Source of the DNA: a virus
Lineage: Duplodnaviria > Caudoviricetes
Strand: one strand, 5' to 3'
Virus record (IMG/VR): IMGVR_UViG_3300033068_001402
Span: 7,551-71,550 of that record
DNA: 64,000 nt
Shown here: one piece after another, positions 52,881-60,968 of the stretch
Position numbering within the stretch: position 1 is the stretch's first letter
How the letters are laid out: each line of letters opens with the position of its first letter
Position numbers and translations under genes: made by a program
Notes under the pieces: model-generated
Told to the model about the DNA's origin: nothing
The model's input: only the letters and a program-made list of their open reading frames with translations
Databases searched by the model: none

Positions 52881-54363
52881 GTTTGAACCTCGCTGCATAG
52901 CCTGCCCGCATCCCCACCTGCCGGGAGGCCCATGCGTGCGGATTGTCGTAGCCGCGTGCGACGGCCAGTGCTCGGAATTCCGCCTCGCTCTTGCACTCCG
53001 ACTCCTCGGCCTTGCGCTTCCTGGCTGCGGCCTTCTTCTCCTCGGCCTTGCGCTCCGCTAAGGCTTCACGCTCCAGGCGCACCAGCTCGCCGGCCTGCTC
53101 CTTGATCTGCCGCGGCGACGTCGCCTGGGTCTCGCCGCAGCCGGGGCACGCCTTGAGCCGCGACGGATAGGCGCGGTAGCAGGCCAGGCACTGCCGCACC
53201 GGGTCCGCGTCGTCGTTGACGCCGGTTGCGGCGAGACCCAGGCGACCGGCTAGGGACCATTCCCGCTCGTCATCCGGGAATCCATGGGTGAACACGTTGG
53301 AGGCGTGGTCGCAGATGATCGCGCGCGACTTCCCTTCTGCCGTTCGCAGCGCGCGGCCCGCCATTTGGAGGTAGAGGGACAGCGACTGAGTCCTGCGACC
53401 GAGGCCGACGTACACGACCCCCGGCACGTCGTACCCCTCGCCGAGGAGGCTGCAGTTGCTGAGGATGTCGAACTCGCGCTCCCGAAACATCCGGTCGATG
53501 CGCTCGCGTTCCTTCGTGGACATTTCGCCGTCAATATGCGCGGCGCGGACGCCAGCGGCCTTGTAGGCATCGACTAGGTGACGGCTGTGTTCGATCGAAT
53601 GCGCAAAAACGATGCCAGGCTGACCGGACGCGAGGCGTAAATAATGATCGACCATGTCACCGATCAGGTCGGGCTGATCCATGATCGCCTCTGCCTGCTG
53701 ATCGGTCGAGGCTCCGCTGAGGTCCGGCAGGCTCGGGGCATAGTAGTCGAAGGGTGACAAGAAACCGCGACGGATCAGTTCGGCGGTCGATGGGCCGCAG
53801 AGCATGATCTGGAAGAACTCCCCTAGCCCCCTTCCATCTAGACGCTCTGGGGTCGCCGTGAGGCCGATGTGGATGGTGTCGTCGGGGTATGATCGCATCA
53901 CGTCCGACCAGGTCGCCGAGACGGCGTGGTGGACCTCATCCCACAGCGCGAGACGCGGCGGAAGAACGACGCCAAGTCGCCGGGCGAGCGTGGCGATGCC
54001 GCAGAGCAGCAGACCAGCGTCAATGTCCATTGGCTTGTCGGAGGCGACGAAGCTGTGTCCCAGGCCCGCTGCCGCGAACGACTTGCTGGTCTGCTCGATC
54101 AGCTCCTTGCGATGGACGACGAACTGAGCAGTGTCGGCGCCGCCGATCAGCGCCTTAGCGAGGTGCGTCTTACCCCCACCCGTTGCGAGTTGCACCAGAA
54201 TGCGCGTGTAGCCTAATCCGATCGCTCGGACGATCTGGTGCAGAAGGTCGAACTGGTAGTCATGCGGCGGAGGCCGGAGCCGGTCGAAAAAGCCGGGGTC
54301 AAACGGCGGGTCCCAGATAGGGGGGTAGAACGGCAGCGCCGCGCGCAGAGCGAGACGGTTCAT
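52873..54363 (-). CDS. Superfamily II DNA helicase
   Basis: [33 protein letters not shown]-terminal Zn finger. Confidence 0.93.
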   Translation of the reverse strand: MNRLALRAALPFYPPIWDPPFDPGFFDRLRPPPHDYQFDLLHQIVRAIGLGYTRILVQLATGGGKTHLAKALIGGADTAQFVVHRKELIEQTSKSFAAAGLGHSFVASDKPMDIDAGLLLCGIATLARRLGVVLPPRLALWDEVHHAVSATWSDVMRSYPDDTIHIGLTATPERLDGRGLGEFFQIMLCGPSTAELIRRGFLSPFDYYAPSLPDLSGASTDQQAEAIMDQPDLIGDMVDHYLRLASGQPGIVFAHSIEHSRHLVDAYKAAGVRAAHIDGEMSTKERERIDRMFREREFDILSNCSLLGEGYDVPGVVYVGLGRRTQSLSLYLQMAGRALRTAEGKSRAIICDHASNVFTHGFPDDEREWSLAGRLGLAATGVNDDADPVRQCLACYRAYPSRLKACPGCGETQATSPRQIKEQAGELVRLEREALAERKAEEKKAAARKRKAEESECKSEAEFRALAVARGYDNPHAWASRQVGMRAGYAARFKRG

Positions 54364-54869
54364 CTCGGACGCTTCGCCCATCGACGAGGACGCCGGTTGT
54401 TCGCCTGCTCGACCTGAGTCGCCCATCGGCAGTTTTCGGGGGAATAGCCCGCGTCGTTGTCGTTGCGCTCAATCGTGAGACCGCGCGCATACCCAGTAGC
54501 CTCAGCCCACTCGACGAACGCGTCGACTCCGAGCCAGGCGTCGCAAATAGTGATGCCGCGCTCGCCGTATAGTTCGTAGTCAGGGTGGTCAGGATTGTTG
54601 CATCTTTGCAACATCTGCCGATGCACGTCATACAGGGGGTGGCGGCGTAGCCCGTGTGTCTTGTTCTTGTGGCCGGTCGACGCCTTCACCTGTTTGCAGC
54701 AGTCATGGCACTGTGGGATTGAACCTGCCTTTGCCCGGTGGCGCATCCCTCTAGTGTTACGGATCTCAAGCCGACCGCAGTCACACTGAACGGTCCAATC
54801 GCTCCCCTCGACTTGGGCGAGTACGGTGAACTTGCCTATACGCTCACCCTGGCAGTTCGAGCGAGCCAT
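54360..54869 (-). CDS. HNH homing endonuclease
   Basis: [44 protein letters not shown]. Confidence 0.88.
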   Translation of the reverse strand: MARSNCQGERIGKFTVLAQVEGSDWTVQCDCGRLEIRNTRGMRHRAKAGSIPQCHDCCKQVKASTGHKNKTHGLRRHPLYDVHRQMLQRCNNPDHPDYELYGERGITICDAWLGVDAFVEWAEATGYARGLTIERNDNDAGYSPENCRWATQVEQANNRRPRRWAKRPR

Positions 54870-56935
54870 CACACGCCCACCGCGAAGTAGGCCATGGCCG
54901 ACCACTTGGCGAGGCGGAGTGGTCGGATCTTCTCGGGGCGCCGGTCGAAGCCGATGTCCATCAGCTTTTCGCGCGCCTCAACGATGTAGCGGTCGTAGTC
55001 AATGTCGACCGGCAACGCGCCGTCTTCGGGCAGGTTCATCAGTGGCCGGGCACCGTCCGACTTCGATACGCGCTTGTGGTTGCCAGTCGTCGCGTGGGCG
55101 GTCTTGTAGAAGATCTCGTCGCCGTCCGTGGAGTAATAGAAACGCACGACCTTGCCGAGATACTGCCCCCGCCAAGTCCCGCCGCCCGCGACGTTCACCA
55201 CGGTGACGAAGTCTCGAAGGTCAGTGCAGGTCCGGATTGTGTTCTCCAGGGGCGTTCCGTCGCGGATGAAGGCGATGACCGCGAGCGCGACCACCTCGGC
55301 CGCTGGGTTCTTCGTCAACTGGGTGCGGATGTCGTTGTCATGGCGACCCGTCCAACCCTTACCCTTGACTTTCACCTTGCCGCCCGGCTGGAACGCGTAA
55401 TAGCTGTTGACGCTCTCGTTGTAGAGCGACAGGTACTCGGTCGCCTCCAGCTCGAAGCCGGTTTCACCCTCCCATTCCGCCACAAGATCGGCGAGGACCC
55501 CTTCCATGACGCGGGACTTCTCAATCGGTCCGGCCATGTCGCGCGGACAGCGGAACACCACGCCGTCTGTGTTGCCCGAGACGACCTCAATGCCAGCAGC
55601 TTCGGCTCGCTCGATCAGCATCAGCAGAGCAAGCTGGCCGCCCAGGGTGATGGCGATCATCAGATGAGGCGCGTACAGCACGGAATACGGCGACCCCAGC
55701 TTGCCGAAGGTGCCGTTCAGGGCAATCTTCAGCCCCTTGTCCTTGGTCTTGCAGGCCTCCAGTTCACGGTCGAGCGCGACGTATCGCTTCTTGATCGCGT
55801 CCTTCGCCTCAGCACTGTCGGCCTTCTGCTCACGCAACGCCGGCAGGTCAACATCTTTGATTTCTTGAGCACGGCGCTTCGCCATCACGCGCTCGTCGCG
55901 GATCTCGCGATAGACGTCGATGAACTCGCGTCCCAACGCGCGCGGGTACAGGCCGGCGTTCAGAATGATGGCCGGATAATATGAGGCCACGTCGAAGTCG
56001 ATCAGCACATGGTCGTCGTCGCTATGGACGGCGCGGTTCTTCTCGGTCGAGTGCAGGCCGCCGATCCCCATGGCGTACTCGGTCTCGCCGATGGTCAGGG
56101 TCGATTCTTCTTCGAGCCATCGCGGCGCCTGGACCTTCCCGTCAGACTTCACGATGAACTCGCTGGTGCGGATACGCTCCAGCAGCGCCTGCAACTGCGG
56201 CGTCTCGAACTTCAGCCATTCTGGTGGGCGATAGGGGAATGTCGTTCCGGCCGGCGTGACCACCTTGGATACGCGTTCGCTGCGGACCTGCTCGACGCGC
56301 TTCTTGATCATGCCCTCACCCATCTGGGCGTCACTCTTGGACATGAAGTTCAGGCCGAAGTCGGCGCCGATCGCCCGGCGCATCTCCATCGCGTCCATCA
56401 GGCTGTCGAGCAGCAGGTGCGTGTTCTGCAGGTCGTTGCCCATGTAGGAGAGGACATCGTCCATCTCCTCCTCGGTCAGCTCCGTGTCAGGTTCGTAGGG
56501 CAGATCCTGCATCAGCGGGGCGTGCAGTCGCCCGGCCAGGGTCTTCAGCGAGGCGCGGGCGTTGGGTTGCGGCTCCATCAGATCGACGATGTTGTTCTGC
56601 CATCCACGCGGAATGTTGACGTCGTCGATCTCCCAGTGCTTCGCGTTGCCGAGGATGATCCGGTCGTTCAGTGACTTCAGTTGAGCATTGCCGAAGCCGT
56701 CGATCACGGCGGCCGCGACCATCGGCATGTCGTAGTTCAGGAAGTTGTAGCCGACGACTGTGAAGCCCTTCATGAGGCCAGCGATGCGGTCGCGACCCTC
56801 CTGGGTGAGCGGCTTGCGGCGGCTGTGCTCGAAGACCAGCGTCTTGCCGTCGCTCATGCGACGGAAGCCTGCGGACCAGAAGTTCGGATAATTTTCCGTA
56901 TCGGAGATCAGCGTGCGGGCGGGGTCGAAGGTCAT
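54869..56935 (-). CDS. DNA polymerase, family B-like
   Basis: Exonuclease DTE and YNFLNYD; polymerase [23 protein letters not shown] motifs. Confidence 0.9.
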   Translation of the reverse strand: MTFDPARTLISDTENYPNFWSAGFRRMSDGKTLVFEHSRRKPLTQEGRDRIAGLMKGFTVVGYNFLNYDMPMVAAAVIDGFGNAQLKSLNDRIILGNAKHWEIDDVNIPRGWQNNIVDLMEPQPNARASLKTLAGRLHAPLMQDLPYEPDTELTEEEMDDVLSYMGNDLQNTHLLLDSLMDAMEMRRAIGADFGLNFMSKSDAQMGEGMIKKRVEQVRSERVSKVVTPAGTTFPYRPPEWLKFETPQLQALLERIRTSEFIVKSDGKVQAPRWLEEESTLTIGETEYAMGIGGLHSTEKNRAVHSDDDHVLIDFDVASYYPAIILNAGLYPRALGREFIDVYREIRDERVMAKRRAQEIKDVDLPALREQKADSAEAKDAIKKRYVALDRELEACKTKDKGLKIALNGTFGKLGSPYSVLYAPHLMIAITLGGQLALLMLIERAEAAGIEVVSGNTDGVVFRCPRDMAGPIEKSRVMEGVLADLVAEWEGETGFELEATEYLSLYNESVNSYYAFQPGGKVKVKGKGWTGRHDNDIRTQLTKNPAAEVVALAVIAFIRDGTPLENTIRTCTDLRDFVTVVNVAGGGTWRGQYLGKVVRFYYSTDGDEIFYKTAHATTGNHKRVSKSDGARPLMNLPEDGALPVDIDYDRYIVEAREKLMDIGFDRRPEKIRPLRLAKWSAMAYFAVGV

Positions 56936-56945
56936 TCGTCTGACG

Positions 56946-56960
56946 TCACCTAAATAGTGA
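56946..56960. promoter_or_regulatory. 15-bp operator-like motif
   Basis: TCACC-TAAAT-AGTGA, 10 bp upstream of the polymerase start. Confidence 0.65.
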
Positions 56961-56998
56961 TACCCCGCCGACGCGAACGCCAGCGGGGCTCACGTCGA

Positions 56999-57778
56999 TC
57001 AGCCGAGGGGGTCGTCGATGCCGGCGGCGGCAGCCGGAGCGGCAGCAGTCTCGGTCTCGTATTCCTCGCCGTCCTCCTCGTCGAAGGCGGCCTGGGCGTC
57101 CACGCGCTTGCCACCCAGTCGGGTGCCGTGTTCGACGAACTTGATCGCCTCCAGCGAGCAGTTGATGCGGTGCGGCAGGTTCTTGCCGTTCGCGCCCTTA
57201 CCCGTTCCGTTATATGGATAAATTTGAATGATGACGTCGCAGATCGCGCCGCTATAAATCAAATCGTCCGACTCCTTCAGGATCGGGAACGCCGGCTTGC
57301 CGTCGACCACGGCCGTCTTGCGCGGGCCGAGGATCTGCACAGGGTGCTTCTCCAGCAGTTCGCGCGCGGCGGCCTCCTTGGTCTTGGCCTTCAGGTAGCG
57401 CTTGGCCGAGACGTACATCATCCCGGCATAGCCGTCCCAGCGGGCCTTCTTGACGCCGTCGTCGTCCGTGATCTCGCCGTCCTGCAGGCAGAGGCGATCC
57501 GCGGGGATGACGGGGGCGTTGTCACCCCATTCGGCGAAGCGGGCCAGCTTCATAGCTTCCTTGATGGCGCCGACGTGGGCCTGGCCGCGCTCGGTCTCCT
57601 TGGCCAGCAGGACGCTGGTGGAGACGTCGAACTTGTCGATCGGGTTGCCGTCGTTGTCCTCGGCCTGGCGCGCTTCCCAGACGTCCGCGAAGGACAGGGG
57701 GACGCGCCGCAGCTTCAGTTCGACGTTCTTGCCGTTCTGCTTCATCTCGAACGGCGGCAGTTGGTTGGGGGTGCTCAC
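56999..57778 (-). CDS. Single-stranded DNA-binding protein (DUF2815/gp2.5-like)
   Basis: RLSF-like VPLSFADVW, IYSG, N.SLEAIKF..HG.RLGG, acidic tail ending DDPLG. Confidence 0.85.
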   Translation of the reverse strand: MSTPNQLPPFEMKQNGKNVELKLRRVPLSFADVWEARQAEDNDGNPIDKFDVSTSVLLAKETERGQAHVGAIKEAMKLARFAEWGDNAPVIPADRLCLQDGEITDDDGVKKARWDGYAGMMYVSAKRYLKAKTKEAAARELLEKHPVQILGPRKTAVVDGKPAFPILKESDDLIYSGAICDVIIQIYPYNGTGKGANGKNLPHRINCSLEAIKFVEHGTRLGGKRVDAQAAFDEEDGEEYETETAAAPAAAAGIDDPLG

Positions 57779-59061
57779 TTCTCGTCTTCTCCAGCTTCTG
57801 TTTCTTCGTCATCGAAGGCCATGACCGGTAGCGCCGGTCGCGCATCCTCAAGGGGGACCATGGATTTACCCGCCTCGCCTGGCACGATGTGCGCGGCGAT
57901 CTTGGGATAGTCCTCCTTGGAGACCTGCTTACCCGCCTGTGCGGCGGTTATCAACTTTTTGGTGAAACTTTTCTCACCGAGAACCGGCACCAGCGCCGCC
58001 TCGGCATCCTTCTCGGACTTCCAAGCGTCGCGCTTGCCCTTCTGGGTGTCCTTGACCGCCTTGCGTCCCGGCGTCGGGCGCCCGGCGAGGAAGTCTTCCA
58101 GTTCGGCAGCTTCGAGCTGATCCAGCCAGGTGGTGATCATCTTCTTGTGGGACAGCACGAAGCTGCGCTGCTCGGGCGACAAGGGGCGCGTCGTCAGGGC
58201 CGTGACCTCGGGCTCCTCGTCGAACTTCGCGCCGATCAGTTGGCGGTTGAACGCCTCGTAGGTCTCGCAACCGCCGTTCTTGTGCAGCTTGGCCTTGCAG
58301 AACGCACACCCCTTCTCGCTGGCGACGCGAGGCGGGTTTGGCTGCTGCGTCGCCTCGGCGCGCTCGCGCAGCCACTCGCCGGCAGCCAACATCGTCTCCA
58401 AATCCGTTTCCCAGACCCCTCCCCCGCCGGAACAGCGCGGCTGGTCGATTTCGAGGACGAAGCGAACCGGCGCGTCGCCGACGATGGCCTTGGCGACGTC
58501 GTTCCAGAAGCCCAGGCCGTAGAGGATGGTCTGCAGGTTGTCGCGGGGGTAGACCGGCCAGCGGCCCCACTTCAGGTCGATGATGTAGATCCACCAGACG
58601 CCGTCGATCAGCACCAGGACGGCGCGGTCGAGGGTCCCGAACTGCCCGGTGATCGTCCACGTCGAGATGTCGACACGGCGCTCCCCGAAGAACTGTCCCC
58701 CGAGCGCGCGGACGCGGTCGAGCCCGCGTTGCAGCAGGCGGGCGTCCTCGTCGGTCCAGGTGAACTCCCAGATGGTCGGCTCGGTGACGCTCTCCCACTC
58801 GCCCGCGGCACGCTCGATCAGCTTGGTCTCGACGCCGGGGATCTTGGTCGTCATGCCCACGAAGTCAGTGGCGTCCATGCCCAGGGTGAGGCAGAGGTCG
58901 CTGATCGCGTGCGCCGCAGTGCCCTCGGCGGCGGGCCACGAAGGTTCGTCGGGGAGACCGCGCTGTGCGTTGATCGAGTCCGGGCACGTCGCCCAGCGTT
59001 CGGCCGCGGAAGGTCCAAGCGGCGCGTGTGCCGGTTCGTCGTCAAGCCGTTCGTCGCTCAA
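57775..59061 (-). CDS. Cas4-like/RecB-family exonuclease (DUF2800)
   Basis: HA.L.PSAA.RW..CP.S, EGTAAH, FGTLD, IDLKWG, CAFCKA. Confidence 0.88.
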   Translation of the reverse strand: MSDERLDDEPAHAPLGPSAAERWATCPDSINAQRGLPDEPSWPAAEGTAAHAISDLCLTLGMDATDFVGMTTKIPGVETKLIERAAGEWESVTEPTIWEFTWTDEDARLLQRGLDRVRALGGQFFGERRVDISTWTITGQFGTLDRAVLVLIDGVWWIYIIDLKWGRWPVYPRDNLQTILYGLGFWNDVAKAIVGDAPVRFVLEIDQPRCSGGGGVWETDLETMLAAGEWLRERAEATQQPNPPRVASEKGCAFCKAKLHKNGGCETYEAFNRQLIGAKFDEEPEVTALTTRPLSPEQRSFVLSHKKMITTWLDQLEAAELEDFLAGRPTPGRKAVKDTQKGKRDAWKSEKDAEAALVPVLGEKSFTKKLITAAQAGKQVSKEDYPKIAAHIVPGEAGKSMVPLEDARPALPVMAFDDEETEAGEDEK

Positions 59062-59234
59062 AGCTCGTGTCCTCGGTTCAGGCGCTGCTCACGCGCCAAG
59101 ACGGCGCGCAGGTCGATGATCTTGTCGCCCGCCAGGGCGATGCGCCGATCCCGTTCGGCGGGCGTCAGGTCTTCCATCGTCGTGGCGAGGGCAGCCGTGT
59201 CGTCGGTGCGGACGGGATCGGCGCAGGCGTGCAT
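59058..59234 (-). CDS. Small hypothetical protein
   Basis: Overlap-coupled at both ends. Confidence 0.45.
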   Translation of the reverse strand: MHACADPVRTDDTAALATTMEDLTPAERDRRIALAGDKIIDLRAVLAREQRLNRGHEL

Positions 59235-59701
59235 CAGGCGGTCGCAGCCCGCATCTCGGCGAACTGCCGGGCGACGCTGTGGAGGTGCTTGAACGGCGAC
59301 GTGTTCGCGCGAGCCGCGTTCGCTTCCTTCCGGCGTGCCGCCCTGTCAGCCACGGCCTTACGGCTGGAAACGACGCCGGGGTTGGTTCGGAAGGCGGCTC
59401 GCGCTGCCTTGTCGGCGTCGCGTTGAACCTGCGCCCGAGCCTTCTTCGCCGCCTTGCGGACGGTCAGGCGGACCTGCGGGCGCATGAAGCTGCTCGGAGG
59501 CAGCGGGGTCGAGAACAGGGCGTCCAGGCGCGCACGGGCGAGCTGCTGGCCATGACCGACGATGTAGTTGGTGAAGGCGGGGATGGGCGTGGCGTACTGA
59601 TCGAAGGTCATGCCGGTCTGACGGCGTTCCACCTGCGGTTCGAGACGCCCGGGTACGGGATCGCCGAACTTCAGGAAGCGGCGGGCTTTGGATTCGCTCA
59701 T
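59234..59701 (-). CDS. Basic (Arg/Lys-rich) hypothetical protein
   Basis: AGGGA RBS, ATG 59701; very basic C-terminal half. Confidence 0.55.
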   Translation of the reverse strand: MSESKARRFLKFGDPVPGRLEPQVERRQTGMTFDQYATPIPAFTNYIVGHGQQLARARLDALFSTPLPPSSFMRPQVRLTVRKAAKKARAQVQRDADKAARAAFRTNPGVVSSRKAVADRAARRKEANAARANTSPFKHLHSVARQFAEMRAATA

Positions 59702-59853
59702 GGTCTTGGTCCCTGTGATCGAGAAAGGCTCTCGGGAGGATGGCGGCGGCCCGGTCTTGCACCGGCCTCGCTGGTCTAGCGTTGACAGGCTGCTGTTCGT
59801 CGCCATCCACCGGAGAGCCCCGGCCGCCGAAGCGACCGAGGTCCCGGCTGTCG

Positions 59854-60438
59854 TCAGCCCAGCGGGTCTTCGACGGCGGCGGCCGGGGCGACCGGGTCCG
59901 TCTCGAAGTCGTAGGCCCCGGCGAAGTCGACCGGCAGGTCGAGCGTCTTGCGCAGGATGAAGTGGCGAGCCTTCTTGCGCTGCACGTCGTCGAGCACGGA
60001 GTCGGCGCCGGTCAGCTTGCCGGTCAGGCCGAAGCTGGCGACGATCGAGGTCAGCCACTGAGCGCATTCGGTGCGCTTCGGGATGTCCTGTCCGGTCGGG
60101 TCGACCTGCTTCATCCAGTTCAGGGCGGCGCCCTTCACGTCGTCGTCGGAGATGTTGCGGCCGGTCGACGCCGCGGCGGGCTCGACGACCGGTTCGGCGG
60201 CGGGGCCGGACACGGGCTCGGCGGCGGGGCCGGAGGACGTCTCCTGGGTGGCGGCGGGCTCGGTCGGCGCGTCGGCCTTCCTGGTGCGGGCGGCCTTGGG
60301 CGCTTCGATCTTGTCGATGGCAGCCTGCTGACCGGCGACGACGCGTTCCAGCAGGTCGCTGTTGCGGTTGCGGGAGGCGGTGTCGGCGAGGATTGCCGCG
60401 AGAAGGGCTTCAAAGATGCCCGGGGCTTGGGTGGTCAT
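59854..60438 (-). CDS. Hypothetical early protein, ends EDPLG
   Basis: First gene of leftward early operon; Ala/Pro-rich linker. Confidence 0.7.
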   Translation of the reverse strand: MTTQAPGIFEALLAAILADTASRNRNSDLLERVVAGQQAAIDKIEAPKAARTRKADAPTEPAATQETSSGPAAEPVSGPAAEPVVEPAAASTGRNISDDDVKGAALNWMKQVDPTGQDIPKRTECAQWLTSIVASFGLTGKLTGADSVLDDVQRKKARHFILRKTLDLPVDFAGAYDFETDPVAPAAAVEDPLG

Positions 60439-60516
60439 GGAGAGAGGGTCCCTGTGATTGATGGCGACCGCCGGAGCGGCGTGTCCTCACTATCTATGCA
60501 CACCCAAATCGCAGTT

Positions 60517-60553
60517 TCAACCCCATAGTGATACGAAATCACTACTGTGTTGA
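60517..60553. promoter_or_regulatory. Paired operator-like motifs in divergent early promoter region
   Basis: TCAAC-CCCAT-AGTGA (60517) and TCACT-ACTGT-GTTGA (60539), the latter overlapping TTGACG. Confidence 0.7.
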
Positions 60554-60619
60554 CGCCTCGGTAAAGGCGGGCTAGGGTCACCTTCACATCGCCGATGCCC
60601 TCTGGAGCGCAGCACTCGC

Positions 60620-60925
60620 ATGACCACCGCCACCGCCGACTTCACCACCGGACCGCTCTACGCGAAGGCGATCCATTTCCTGCCGATCTATGTGCAGGAC
60701 CCCTTCAGCGCGAAGCCGACGCTCAACGTGAAGCGCCTCATGGAGGCGACCGGCAAAAGCCACGAGGCCGTCTACAAGTGGTTCCGCAAGAGCGTGCTGA
60801 CGCCCGAGAACGCGACCGCGCTCGTCGCGCTGGCCAACTCGCCCGAGAACGTCGAGATCCTGAAGCGCCTCGACCGCACCCCGCCCACCATCCAGGACTT
60901 CCACGAGTTCGTCTTCGGCGCCTGA
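60620..60925 (+). CDS. Cro-like HTH regulator
   Basis: VKRLMEATGKSHEAVYKWF HTH; first gene of rightward operon. Confidence 0.7.
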   Translation: MTTATADFTTGPLYAKAIHFLPIYVQDPFSAKPTLNVKRLMEATGKSHEAVYKWFRKSVLTPENATALVALANSPENVEILKRLDRTPPTIQDFHEFVFGA

Positions 60926-60968
60926 CGCTTAACCACGCCTCGTCCGCGGGGCCTTTTCAGGCGTTGGA

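Noticed and set aside
57775-59061. Cas4-like gene as evidence of a CRISPR system
   Set aside because: DUF2800-type phage exonuclease in a standard SSB-polymerase replication context
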